Shown: one piece after another, positions 51,985 to 61,752 of the stretch
How positions within the stretch are numbered: position 1 is the stretch's first letter
Layout: the number at the start of each line of letters is the position of its first letter
DNA from: an uncultured Acidobacteriota bacterium
GTDB taxonomy: Bacteria; Acidobacteriota; Terriglobia; Acidiferrales; UBA7541
DNA length: 64,000 nucleotides
Reading direction: 5' to 3'
Assembly (NCBI GenBank): GCA_963708285.1
Contig: CAVPSF010000001.1
Span: 99,479 to 163,478, forward strand
Notes under the pieces: generated by a model
Seen by the model: only the letters and a program-made list of their open reading frames with translations
Database searches by the model: none
What the model was told of the DNA's origin: nothing
Made by a program: the position numbers and the translations under genes

Positions 51985-53951
51985 GCGCACTGGCGCAGCC
52001 CGCAGCGGCAACGGAGGCACGCCGCGAACGCCCGCCTTCCGGGTGGCAGCAGTTGCGGAAACTGGTTCCCTACGTGGTGCGCTACCGCGGAATGGTATCG
52101 CTGGGCCTTCTGACTCTGGCGCTGATGGGCATCGTCGGCGCGCTGCCGCAGTTGCTGATCGGCATCATCACCGACTGCATCAAGGGTTCGCCGCAAGCGC
52201 TTTCCACACTCACGGGATCCTCTCGCGCCATGCTGCACCCCATGCTTTCGTTTTACGCGCCGAAGAGCGCCTACGCGCTGGGAATTTTTTGCGCCCTGCT
52301 GGTGGCCGTGGTGCTGGTGAAGGGATTCTTCTCATTCTGGACGCGCTGGATTCTGATCGGCATATCGCGAGAGATCGAATACGACCTGCGCAATGATTTG
52401 CTGGCGCAGCTGATGAAACTCGAACCGGAATTTTACGTGCGCAATCGCACTGGCGATTTGATGTCGCGCGCCACGAACGATTTGAATGCCGTGCGCATGG
52501 TTTTGGGTCCCGGCATCATGTACAGCGCCACGACCATCGCCACCATGGTCCTGGCCGTCTACTTCATGGTCAAGCTTTCTCCGGCGCTTACTTTTTGGGT
52601 GCTGTTGCCGGTTCCCATCGTGGCCGTCGCCGTGCGGTATTTCGGCCAGATCATTCACCGCTTGTCCGAACAGATTCAGGCCTTTCTCGGCGTGCTTTCG
52701 ACGCGCGCTCAGGAAAATTTGACCGGCGTGCGCGTGGTGCGCGCTTACGCGCAGGAAGCTCCGGAAATTGCGAAATTCGATGAAGCCAACCGCGAATACG
52801 TGGACAGCAACATCCAGTTGATCAGCACCTGGAGCTTGTTTTTTCCGTTTCTTTCGGCGCTGATCGGTCTCACCTACGTGATTTTGCTGTGGCACGGCGG
52901 GCGGCAGGTGATTGCGGGGCAAGTCTCCATCGGAACGCTGTGGGCGTTTTACGCGTTTCTCGTGCAACTGGTCTTCCCCATCATCGCGCTCGGCTGGGTG
53001 ACCAATATTTTTCAGCGCGGCGCGGCTTCCATGGGCCGCCTGAACTATATTCTGGAGGCCAAGCCCGGAATCAGCGACGCGGAAACGGAAGCGGACGCCA
53101 TCGCCGTCGCGAATTCGTCAAATGGCGATGGCCAGCGCACTGATTCTTCCTCTGCCCGGCCCCGGCGTGAACCGCCTCCTCCCATCCACGGAGAAATCGA
53201 GTTCCGTGGTTTGACCTTCACCTACCCCACGGCGGCCGGCAGCTCCCCCGGCGAGCCTGTCCTGCGGGATATCAATCTGCACATCCAGGCAGGTTCGACG
53301 CTGGCGGTTGTGGGTCCTACGGGAAGCGGAAAATCCACGATGGCGGCGCTGGTGGCCCGGCTTTGGGAAGCGCGGGAAGGGACGCTCTTGATCGACGGCC
53401 GCTCGATCCGCGATTATCCTCTCTCGGAACTCCGCCGGTCGATCGGCTACGTCCCGCAAGACACGTTTCTGTTCAGCGAGACGCTGCGCGAAAACATCGC
53501 GTTGGGCATGAACGACGCGCCGGAGGAACATATTTTCGAAGCCGCGGAAATTGCGGCCATCGCCGGCGAAATTCAAAGTTTCCCGCAGCGCTATGAAACC
53601 ATGGTGGGCGAGCGCGGCATCACGCTCTCCGGCGGGCAGAAGCAGCGCACGGCTTTGGCGCGCGCCGTGCTGCGCAAGCCGCGTATTCTGATCCTCGATG
53701 ATTCGCTTTCCAGCGTGGATACCGACACTGAGGAGCGCATCCTGCGCGGCCTGCGCGGAATCATGCGCGACCGCACCACCATCCTCGTCTCGCACCGTGT
53801 TTCCACGGTGAAGAGCGCCGATCAGATCGTGGTCCTGCGCGACGGGCGCATCACCGAACGCGGAACGCATGAAGAATTGCTGAGCCTCGGCGGGTATTAC
53901 GCCGACCTGCATCAAAAACAATTGCTCGAAGAGGAGCTCGAGCGCGCATGA
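51981..53951 (+). CDS. ABC exporter, fused permease/ATPase (MsbA/type I exporter-like), subunit 1
   Basis: A six-TM domain is followed by Walker A GPTGSGKST, signature LSGGQKQR and Walker B ILILDDSLSSVD. The ORF track starts upstream at 51780. Confidence 0.9.
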   Translation: MSALAQPAAATEARRERPPSGWQQLRKLVPYVVRYRGMVSLGLLTLALMGIVGALPQLLIGIITDCIKGSPQALSTLTGSSRAMLHPMLSFYAPKSAYALGIFCALLVAVVLVKGFFSFWTRWILIGISREIEYDLRNDLLAQLMKLEPEFYVRNRTGDLMSRATNDLNAVRMVLGPGIMYSATTIATMVLAVYFMVKLSPALTFWVLLPVPIVAVAVRYFGQIIHRLSEQIQAFLGVLSTRAQENLTGVRVVRAYAQEAPEIAKFDEANREYVDSNIQLISTWSLFFPFLSALIGLTYVILLWHGGRQVIAGQVSIGTLWAFYAFLVQLVFPIIALGWVTNIFQRGAASMGRLNYILEAKPGISDAETEADAIAVANSSNGDGQRTDSSSARPRREPPPPIHGEIEFRGLTFTYPTAAGSSPGEPVLRDINLHIQAGSTLAVVGPTGSGKSTMAALVARLWEAREGTLLIDGRSIRDYPLSELRRSIGYVPQDTFLFSETLRENIALGMNDAPEEHIFEAAEIAAIAGEIQSFPQRYETMVGERGITLSGGQKQRTALARAVLRKPRILILDDSLSSVDTDTEERILRGLRGIMRDRTTILVSHRVSTVKSADQIVVLRDGRITERGTHEELLSLGGYYADLHQKQLLEEELERA

Positions 53952-55828
53952 GCGATTTTCGCGAAGAAGAAAAACTCGGCAAGCTCTACGACACGCAGCT
54001 CACGCGCCGCCTGCTGCAATACATGCGGCCCTACCGCTGGCAGGTGGCGCTGGCCGTGGCCATGACGCTGGGCGTCACCGGCATGGAAATCGCCGGGCCT
54101 TATCTCTTCCACATCGGAATCGACAACTACATTCTGCCTGGATATATCGGGGCCATCGCGCATAGCGCCGCGATTCGCGGGCTGGTGATCGTGGTGCTCA
54201 TTCTGCTGGGCTCCTACATCGGAAGCTTCCTGCTGCAATATGTTCAGGTGCGCATCATGCAGTGGGTGGGCCAGAAGACCATGTATGACCTGCGCAAGGA
54301 AATCTTCGAGCGCCTGCAGCACGTGCCCATGAGTTTTTACGACCGCAGCCCGGTGGGAAGACTCGTGACGCGGGTGACCACCGACGTGGATGCGCTGAAC
54401 GATTTGTTCGCCTCCGGCGTGGTGGCGATGCTCAACGATTTCGTCCTGCTGTTCACCATGGTCTGGATTCTTTTCAAATGGCACAGTTTTCTGGCGCTGG
54501 TCACCCTATCCCCGCTGCCCCTGATGATCGTGCTGACGTATTTTTTCCGCAACAAGGTGCGCAACGCCAACCGCCAGATTCGCACGGCCATCGCGCGCAT
54601 CAACGCTTTTCTGCAGGAACACATCAGCGGCATGTCCATCGTGCAGCTCTTCAACCGCGAGCGAAAATCGCGCGCGCAATTCGCGGAGCTGAACCGCATC
54701 CACATGGAAGCCTACAAAGACGCCATCGACGCGTTTTCGTTCTTCTATCCCGCCGTGGAATTCCTGAGCTGGATCGGCATCGCCCTGCTCTATTGGGTGG
54801 GCGGACTCCGCGTGATCACCTCCACCATCGAAATCGGCGTTCTGATCGCCTTCATGATGTACGCGCAGCGATTCTTCCGGCCCATTCAGGACCTCAGTGA
54901 AAAATTCAATATCCTGCAAAGCGCCATGGCCGCCTCCGAGCGTATCTTCCGACTGCTGGATGAGCCGGTGCCGCAGGTTTCGCCCTCGAGCATCCGGAGC
55001 ATCGAAGATCCCCGCGGCGAAATCGAATTTCAAAACGTGTGGTTCGCCTACAACGGCGGCGCGCAACCGAAGGAAGAAGACTGGGTGTTGCGCGACGTGT
55101 CCTTCCGCGTCGAGCCGGGACAGACCCTGGCGATCGTGGGGCATACCGGCGCGGGAAAAACCACGGTGATCCAGCTGCTGCTACGATTTTACGAAATCCA
55201 GCGCGGCCGGATCCTTCTGGACGGCGTGGACATTCGCGAACTCGGTTTGCAGGACCTCCGCCGCCTGTTCGGAATCGTGCTGCAAGACCCGTTCCTGTTT
55301 ACCGGCACGCTCGAAACCAACGTGAAGCTTGGAACGGAAACGATCGATCGCGCCACAACCGAGCGCGCGTTGCGCGAAGTGGGACTGGGACCGCTTCTCG
55401 AATCGCTGCCGCAAGGCGTGGAAACGGAAGTGACGGAGCGCGGCTCGACGCTCTCCGTTGGACAAAGGCAACTCGTGAGTTTCGCGCGCGCGCTGGCCCA
55501 CAATCCCAAATTCCTGATTCTCGATGAAGCTACTTCCAGCGTGGACACCAAGACCGAATTATTGATTCGCGAAGCTCTCACGCGCCTGCTCGAAGGACGC
55601 ACCGCCGTGGTCATCGCCCATCGCCTGAGCACCATTCAGCACGCCCATCGCATTCTCGTATTCCACAAAGGACGCCTGCGCGAACAAGGCTCGCATCAGG
55701 AATTGCTCGCGTTGCGCGGAATTTATTACCGCCTCTACCAACTGCAGTACAAAGAGCAGGAATTTACCATGCGCCTCGCGGGACCTTCGGCTGCCGGACT
55801 TCCCGAGGCTCTGCCCGCCAATGATTGA
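53948..55828 (+). CDS. ABC exporter, fused permease/ATPase, subunit 2 (probable heterodimer partner)
   Basis: A TM domain is followed by GHTGAGKTT, LSVGQRQL and FLILDEATSSVD. It has ATGA overlap with subunit 1. Confidence 0.9.
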   Translation: MSDFREEEKLGKLYDTQLTRRLLQYMRPYRWQVALAVAMTLGVTGMEIAGPYLFHIGIDNYILPGYIGAIAHSAAIRGLVIVVLILLGSYIGSFLLQYVQVRIMQWVGQKTMYDLRKEIFERLQHVPMSFYDRSPVGRLVTRVTTDVDALNDLFASGVVAMLNDFVLLFTMVWILFKWHSFLALVTLSPLPLMIVLTYFFRNKVRNANRQIRTAIARINAFLQEHISGMSIVQLFNRERKSRAQFAELNRIHMEAYKDAIDAFSFFYPAVEFLSWIGIALLYWVGGLRVITSTIEIGVLIAFMMYAQRFFRPIQDLSEKFNILQSAMAASERIFRLLDEPVPQVSPSSIRSIEDPRGEIEFQNVWFAYNGGAQPKEEDWVLRDVSFRVEPGQTLAIVGHTGAGKTTVIQLLLRFYEIQRGRILLDGVDIRELGLQDLRRLFGIVLQDPFLFTGTLETNVKLGTETIDRATTERALREVGLGPLLESLPQGVETEVTERGSTLSVGQRQLVSFARALAHNPKFLILDEATSSVDTKTELLIREALTRLLEGRTAVVIAHRLSTIQHAHRILVFHKGRLREQGSHQELLALRGIYYRLYQLQYKEQEFTMRLAGPSAAGLPEALPAND

Positions 55829-55912
55829 AGTGCGGCCGGCGGGCCTTCGGGTGTATGGTTCGCCCGGAGGAATTTTTCATCTGAATATCCTGCCGCGCTT
55901 CAAATTCCAGCC

Positions 55913-57037
55913 ATGACGCCGCCGCAAATTCTGCTATCAGCCGGAGAAGCTTCCGGCGACATGTACGCCGCGCGGCTGGCCGTGGCGCTGCGCGAAAGAA
56001 CCGGCGGGCAATTTTTCGGCATGGGCGGCGAGAGGATGAAGGAAGCCGGCGTCGAGATCATCGCCGATTATCATGAAATCGCCGTGGTGGGCCTCGCCGA
56101 AGTGCTGCACAAAATTCCCGCGGTCATTCGCGTGCAGAGGCTCCTGGCGCGGGAAGCCGTCCGCCGCCACGCTTCTCTCGCCATTCTGATAGATTCCCCC
56201 GGCACGCACCTGGGAGTGGCGCGGCGGCTGAAAAATGCCGGAATCCCCGTGGGATATTTCATCGGGCCGCAGGTGTGGGCCTGGCGCGCGGGAAGGGTGA
56301 AGACCATCCGGCGGCTGGTAAAGCATATCGCCGTGATTTTTCCGTTCGAGGAAAAAATTTACCGCGATGCCGGTGTCCCGGCGGATTTTGTGGGCCATCC
56401 GCTGGTGGACGTGGTGAAACCGGAAGTTCCGCGGGCGGAATTTGCCGCGGCGCACGGCCTGGATGTCTCGAGACCCATTCTCGCGATTTTGCCGGGAAGC
56501 CGCAAAAACGAAATCGCGCAAAATTACGCCACCATCATCGAGGCGTGCACGCGCCTGGCCAGAACGACAAAGGCGCAATTCGTGCTGGTGGCCGCGCCCG
56601 GGCTCAGCACGGAATTTTTCTCGCGCCATGCCCGCCCGGATTTTCCCATCACGCACGTTGAGGGAAATACTTACGGCGCGTTGGCTGCGGCTGACTGCGC
56701 CATCGTGGCCAGCGGAACGGCAACGCTGGAAGCGGCGCTGCTGGGCACTCCCATGGTGGTGGTGTACCGCGTGAGCGCGGCGAGCGCGCTGGTGCTGCGG
56801 CGCATGATTCACACTCCCTTTTTCAGTTTGGTGAATTTAGTGGGTGGCCGCGAAATCGTCCCGGAATTGATTCAGGAGGATTTCACGCCATCCGAGGTGG
56901 AATCGGCGGTGCGCCGGCTGCTCGATTCCCCGGATGCGCGCCGGGAGATGAAAGCGGGCTTGCGCGAAGTGAGAAACAAGCTCGGCACAGGAGGGGCCAT
57001 CGAGCGTGCGGCAGATATTTTTGCCCGGATGGTGTAA
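55913..57037 (+). CDS. lpxB: Lipid-A-disaccharide synthase
   Basis: 374-aa ORF. The N-terminal ILLSAGEASGDMYAARL and the later VYFIGPQVWAWR-type segment (GYFIGPQVWAWRAGR) are typical of LpxB. Confidence 0.9.
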   Translation: MTPPQILLSAGEASGDMYAARLAVALRERTGGQFFGMGGERMKEAGVEIIADYHEIAVVGLAEVLHKIPAVIRVQRLLAREAVRRHASLAILIDSPGTHLGVARRLKNAGIPVGYFIGPQVWAWRAGRVKTIRRLVKHIAVIFPFEEKIYRDAGVPADFVGHPLVDVVKPEVPRAEFAAAHGLDVSRPILAILPGSRKNEIAQNYATIIEACTRLARTTKAQFVLVAAPGLSTEFFSRHARPDFPITHVEGNTYGALAAADCAIVASGTATLEAALLGTPMVVVYRVSAASALVLRRMIHTPFFSLVNLVGGREIVPELIQEDFTPSEVESAVRRLLDSPDARREMKAGLREVRNKLGTGGAIERAADIFARMV

Positions 57038-57123
57038 TCTTTTTTAGCCGGGGCAACTGCGCGAGCAAAGCTGGTATCTGAATGTAGAGGAAGGAATTCG
57101 CTGGCTTCGGAAAGGCACTTTTC

Positions 57124-59265
57124 TTGCTCAAAATCCGCTGCTTTCTCGCCGCTCTTGTGTTTGCGCTTTTCCTGGCGGCTTCCGCGCCGGCGCAAATCGC
57201 GCGCCCCTATCCTTTTCGCGCCTCGAATTACGACGTCGAGGTGATCGTCCATCCTGATAACCAGACCATTTCCGCGCAGGCCCGCGTAACCTTCATTGCC
57301 GCGGAGACTTCACGGAACCTGCTGGCCGAATTGCACCAGGATTTGCAGGTCAATTCCATCCACACCGCCGACGGCAAATCGCTCACCTTCGAGCGCGACG
57401 CGCATTCCCCGATGCTCCTGAATATTACGCTGCCCGAAGCAGTGGCTCCCGGAAGGCAGGTAACGCTCACTTTCGAATATGGCGGGCCCATTTCAAACGA
57501 CGCGGACAGCCCCACGCCGGGCGTGCGCCTCGCGTGGGTTGATAAAACTTCGGCGTACCTTCTGCAGCCTGCGCGGTGGTTTCCCCTGACGGATTACCCC
57601 GCCAATCGTTATACCGGGACATTCAAGGTCGTGGTTCCCGATACGTTTGGCGTCGCGGGCACCGGCAAGGCGGATTCGCCGACAATGCTGCCGGCTCTTG
57701 GTCGCGGCCAGCCGGGACAGGCCTCCTATTTATTTCATTGCGATCAAGCCGGGCCGGTGGGGACATTCGTAGCGGGAAGTCTGCAATTGAATCCGGTGCA
57801 AACGGAAGGATATGACATCCCCGTGTATGCACCGGCGGCGCAGGCCAAGACGGCGACCCCCTACGCAAATTCGCTCGCGCACATTTTGAGTTACTATGCC
57901 GATACTTTCGGGCCCCTGACTGTTCCTCCCGCCCAGCCAAGCGTCACCATTGCGCAAATGCCCGATGGCGGGCCTGACGGCTTTTCCGCGCCGGGATTGC
58001 TGCTGATCAGCGCGCGCGATTGGGGCGCGAAGCCCAACACGCGGCTGCTCTCGCAGCTCGCCGCGGGACAATGGTGGGGCGACCGGGTTCTGCCGGCGTC
58101 GGCAGCCGATGTTTGGCTGACCGCCGGACTTTCCCGTTACGCCGAGGCGATGTACGCCGAAGAGGACGACGGGGTGGCCGGGTTGCATAAGGCGCTCGAG
58201 GATTACGCCATCGGCGCGCTGATGTACGAAGACACCACGCCCATCGCGCAAGCCCAGCAACTTCTTCCATACTCGGACCAGTTCAATTCCATCGTCGTCA
58301 ACAAAGGCGCCATGGTATTTCACATGCTGCGCACCGAACTCGGCAACGATGCGTTTGTGGCCATGCTCGCGGAATTCTACAAGGGCCACGCCGGCAAAAA
58401 CGCAACGCTCGCGGAATTCGAAAAACTGGCGGCCAGCAAGATTCCTCCTCCTGTGAAGGGGCAACCACCGCTGAATCTGGTGGCATTTTTTTCGCAGTGG
58501 CTGAATTCCACGGGAGTTCCCGAATTTCAACTCGATTACATCGTCTACCGCACGCCCAAAGGCTTCAAAGTGGTGGGGAAAATTCATCAAGGGCTGGACA
58601 CTTTCCGCGAACCCGTGGAAGTTCGCGTGGATACGGAAGGAAATCCGGAAACCAAGAAAATCCTGGTGCTGGGCACCAGCACGGAATTTGAAATCGACAC
58701 CTTCGGGCGCCCCAAACCCAACGGCGTAATCATCGACCCCAACAACAACCTGCTGAAATCCTCGCCGCATCTGCGCGTGCGCGCCGCCGTGGCTCGCGGA
58801 GAGGCCCTGGCGCAGACCGGCAAATATTACGACGCCATCCAGCAATACCAGCGCGCGCTCGATTTGCAGCCCAATAATTCGCTGGCGCTCTTCCGCACCG
58901 GCGAAGCCATGTTCTACGAGAAAAATTATCAGGCGGCGGCAAATTCTTTCCGCTCAGCTCTCGATGGCGACCTCGACCCCAAATGGATAGAAGTCTGGAG
59001 CCACATTTACATCGGGAAAATCTACGATTTGCTGGGCCAGCGCGAACGCGCCGTCAACGAATACAGCCGCGCACAGCATTTGAATGACGACACCGCCGGC
59101 GCGCAGGAACAAGCCGAAATGTATTTGAAGAAACCCTACAGCGGAGACAACGCCGCCGCGGCCGCGGCGAGTCCATCCACGGCGGAGACTGCGTCTCCGG
59201 GAACCGCTCCCGCCGAAACACCGTCCGATAAGCCGTCCTTCAAGAAGCGTCCACCCAGCGATTGA
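57124..59265 (+). CDS. Secreted M1-aminopeptidase-fold protein lacking the catalytic motifs, with C-terminal TPR repeats
   Basis: It has a TTG start and the signal peptide MLKIRCFLAALVFALFLAASAPAQ. M1-like regions are present (…GAMVFHMLRTELG…). At the positions of HExxH-x18-E the sequence reads QLAAGQWWG…WLTAGLSRYAE. The C-terminus has TPR helices and an A/P/S-rich tail. Confidence 0.7.
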   Translation: MLKIRCFLAALVFALFLAASAPAQIARPYPFRASNYDVEVIVHPDNQTISAQARVTFIAAETSRNLLAELHQDLQVNSIHTADGKSLTFERDAHSPMLLNITLPEAVAPGRQVTLTFEYGGPISNDADSPTPGVRLAWVDKTSAYLLQPARWFPLTDYPANRYTGTFKVVVPDTFGVAGTGKADSPTMLPALGRGQPGQASYLFHCDQAGPVGTFVAGSLQLNPVQTEGYDIPVYAPAAQAKTATPYANSLAHILSYYADTFGPLTVPPAQPSVTIAQMPDGGPDGFSAPGLLLISARDWGAKPNTRLLSQLAAGQWWGDRVLPASAADVWLTAGLSRYAEAMYAEEDDGVAGLHKALEDYAIGALMYEDTTPIAQAQQLLPYSDQFNSIVVNKGAMVFHMLRTELGNDAFVAMLAEFYKGHAGKNATLAEFEKLAASKIPPPVKGQPPLNLVAFFSQWLNSTGVPEFQLDYIVYRTPKGFKVVGKIHQGLDTFREPVEVRVDTEGNPETKKILVLGTSTEFEIDTFGRPKPNGVIIDPNNNLLKSSPHLRVRAAVARGEALAQTGKYYDAIQQYQRALDLQPNNSLALFRTGEAMFYEKNYQAAANSFRSALDGDLDPKWIEVWSHIYIGKIYDLLGQRERAVNEYSRAQHLNDDTAGAQEQAEMYLKKPYSGDNAAAAAASPSTAETASPGTAPAETPSDKPSFKKRPPSD

Positions 59266-59288
59266 GCGCGCGCATGGGCTGTGTGAAT

Positions 59289-59861
59289 TCAGTCTGATTC
59301 GGGCGCACGCTCAGTGAAGACGATCGTTTGCCGGCCCATGCGGCGCCCTACTTCGCAGCATGCCGCGACGGTGGCATCGGATGTTCCGGGAGCGCGAACG
59401 ATCTCAAGCAAACCCTCACCCACCACGGGATTTTGAAAGCGCATGCCCACGCAATCTTCCGGACGAAATGTGATGCCGGCCAAATCCGCGATGAAAAGAG
59501 AACACGTGGTGCTGGCAAGGATGGCATGGGGTTTTGAAAATTTATCGAAGAGCGTAAAGATTTCGAGTTTGGTCTCGAGTTCGTCGGCGCTCGCCTCGAT
59601 CAGCAAATCCGCTTCGCGGCAAACGTCTTCGATGGAACGCGAAGTCGCAAGTCGCCCGAGAACGTCCTGCTTTTGTTCCGGGGTCACAATTTTCTGCGCG
59701 ACAAGAGCTTCATATTGCTGGTGAATCCATGCCACCCCCTGCTGCAGGCGGTCGATGGAAACGTCCTCTAGAATCGTGCGAAATCCGCTTCGCGCCGCGA
59801 GAAATGCAATCCCGCGCCCCTCCGCTCCCGCGCCGATCACCGCGATGGTTTTCACATCCAT
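59289..59861 (-). CDS. 3-hydroxyacyl-CoA dehydrogenase NAD-binding domain protein (short form; no C-terminal dimerisation domain)
   Basis: IAVIGAGAEGRGIAF…LIEASADELETKLEIF… matches the HBD/FadB N-domain. The ORF stops after …GRQTIVFTERAPESD, where canonical enzymes continue with the PGF…NR segment. Confidence 0.7.
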   Translation of the reverse strand: MDVKTIAVIGAGAEGRGIAFLAARSGFRTILEDVSIDRLQQGVAWIHQQYEALVAQKIVTPEQKQDVLGRLATSRSIEDVCREADLLIEASADELETKLEIFTLFDKFSKPHAILASTTCSLFIADLAGITFRPEDCVGMRFQNPVVGEGLLEIVRAPGTSDATVAACCEVGRRMGRQTIVFTERAPESD

Positions 59862-59980
59862 ATTTTCGATTGTCTCGCAATTTTATGCGGCGATAAATTC
59901 GACACGGGGCAACAGGCGCAGAGGCCCGCCCCTTTGACAGCGATTTTGGGGCGGGAAGGTGCGCAATTCATTCGCGAGAT

Positions 59981-60829
59981 CTACACGGGAAAAAGCCGCG
60001 CGGCATTGTCATAGAGAATTTGTTGCTGGGCGGCGGCGGAAAGCGGCAAGGCGCGAAACGCCTCGATATTTCCGCGAATATCGGCCACGCCGGGGCTCGG
60101 CCAGTCGGTGCCGAACAATACTTTGCCGGCGATTTCCTCGATGCGCGGAAAATATTCCAATAGCTTCCGCGGAGGGATACCGGAAATGTCCATGTACATA
60201 TTCTTGTGCCGCCGCACCAGAAAAAAGGCTTCCTCCATCCATAGAGGCCGCCCGCCATGCGCCAGAATCACCACCAGGGCGGGAAAATCCACGCCCACGT
60301 CGTCCGCGAAAATGGGCTGGGCGTAGACATTGCGGGCGCCGGTGAAGATGGAAGTCCCGGTATGGATCATCACAGGCATTTCCAACGCTTGCGCGCGTTC
60401 GTACATGGCGCGCAACGGTCCGAGCCCGTGGCGATAGTCGTTGGGCGCAAAAAGCTGGTGCGCGGGATGAACTTTCAAGCCGCGAATGCCAAGAGATTTC
60501 AGCCGGTCCACTTCCGCGGCGGCGTCTGCCACATATCTGGGATGCACGGAGCCAAAGGCCAGCAGACGGCGCGGGTCGCAGGAACAATAGCGCGCCGTCC
60601 AATCGTTCACTTCCGCGGTCAATCCCATTATGTCCGGGCTGACATAATTGATTAAACCTGCGCGCTCGACGCCCGCGCGGTCCATATACTTCAGGAATTC
60701 GCCGGGAGATTCCGAATATTTCAGAATCTCATCGTGGTCGGTGCGGCCGCGGCGCATCACCTCTTCCGCTTCGCGGCGGAGCATTTCGCGCGGCTGAATA
60801 TGGATATGGATGTCGATGACCGGGGCCAC
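59981..60829 (-). CDS. Amidohydrolase_2-type TIM-barrel metal-dependent hydrolase
   Basis: The start is taken at the GTG preceded by GGGAAGGAG, giving (M)APVIDIHIHIQP… (the H-x-H metal motif). Later HPAH, MIHTG and ILAHGG segments are present. The ORF track extends to 60925 and would overlap the upstream gene. Confidence 0.7.
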   Translation of the reverse strand: MAPVIDIHIHIQPREMLRREAEEVMRRGRTDHDEILKYSESPGEFLKYMDRAGVERAGLINYVSPDIMGLTAEVNDWTARYCSCDPRRLLAFGSVHPRYVADAAAEVDRLKSLGIRGLKVHPAHQLFAPNDYRHGLGPLRAMYERAQALEMPVMIHTGTSIFTGARNVYAQPIFADDVGVDFPALVVILAHGGRPLWMEEAFFLVRRHKNMYMDISGIPPRKLLEYFPRIEEIAGKVLFGTDWPSPGVADIRGNIEAFRALPLSAAAQQQILYDNAARLFPV

Positions 60830-60896
60830 GAACGGAATCTCCTTCCCTTTCCCGCGCGGATATTGAGGAACGATGAAGCTCCGCGAGCGCCGATTG

Positions 60897-61292
60897 CTAC
60901 AAGCCGCTGATACCCTCTTCGTCAAATCCCAGCACCAGACGGCCGCCGCATAGGATCACCGGACGCCGGATCAAATTGGGTTCCGCGGCCATCCAGCGAA
61001 TCGCTTCGGCGCGCGAAGGAGGATGATCCTTCATTTTGCGCCGCCGGTACAATTCGTTTCGCGTGTTGAGAAATTCCCGGTGGTCTCGGTCGCCGATTAA
61101 TTTTTCCAGTTCTTCCGCGCTCAATGGGTGTTTTCCCAGATCGCGCAATTGCAATTGAAATCCCCGGCGCTGCATGAAGTCGCGTGCCTTGCGGCAGGTG
61201 GTGCAGGAATGCTTTTCGATGAATTGCACGGTACGGGCGCGTTTCTTTGGTTTATTTGAAGATTTTCTGGAGGGTTGTCCGGCGCTTGTCAT
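60897..61292 (-). CDS. ArsC/Spx/MgsR-family thioredoxin-fold protein (CxxC)
   Basis: A basic N-terminal tail is followed by FIEKHSCTTCRKARDFM…NELYRR…LIRRPVIL, typical of the ArsC/Spx family. Confidence 0.7.
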   Translation of the reverse strand: MTSAGQPSRKSSNKPKKRARTVQFIEKHSCTTCRKARDFMQRRGFQLQLRDLGKHPLSAEELEKLIGDRDHREFLNTRNELYRRRKMKDHPPSRAEAIRWMAAEPNLIRRPVILCGGRLVLGFDEEGISGL

Positions 61293-61299
61293 TTTTTGA

Positions 61300-61638
61300 T
61301 TAGTACCGGGGCACTTGCGAATCCACTTCCACCGACCAGCGATCGATCCCTCCGGCCATGGATCGCGCTCCCTCGATGCCCTGGGAGCGCAGCCAGGAAG
61401 CGGTGTCCAGGCTACGCATGCCGTGATGGCAGAACAAGATGATGTCGTTCGAATCTTCGAATTCGCCCACATGTTCCGGAATTTCGCGCATAGAGATCAG
61501 CCGCGCGCCATGGATGTGCGCCGTCTCGAATTCCCACGGCTCGCGCACATCGATGAAGAGAAATTGTTCTTCGCGCGCCAGCCGCTCCTTCACTTCGCCG
61601 GGGCTGATTTCGATATGGGAATAATTCTCTTCGGTCAT
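61300..61638 (-). CDS. Single-domain rhodanese-like sulfurtransferase
   Basis: LFIDVREPWEF..AHIHGA…ILFCHHGMRS (active-site Cys loop) …GGIDRW. Confidence 0.8.
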   Translation of the reverse strand: MTEENYSHIEISPGEVKERLAREEQFLFIDVREPWEFETAHIHGARLISMREIPEHVGEFEDSNDIILFCHHGMRSLDTASWLRSQGIEGARSMAGGIDRWSVEVDSQVPRY

Positions 61639-61752
61639 GAGCCTCGCTTTCCTTGCATCCAAAATCCGCGACCGGCAATGATTCCAGTTTATCGCTGATT
61701 CTGGAAATTTTGATTCGCGCCGTGCGCTTGCCGCCCGAGCGCAGCGCCAGAG

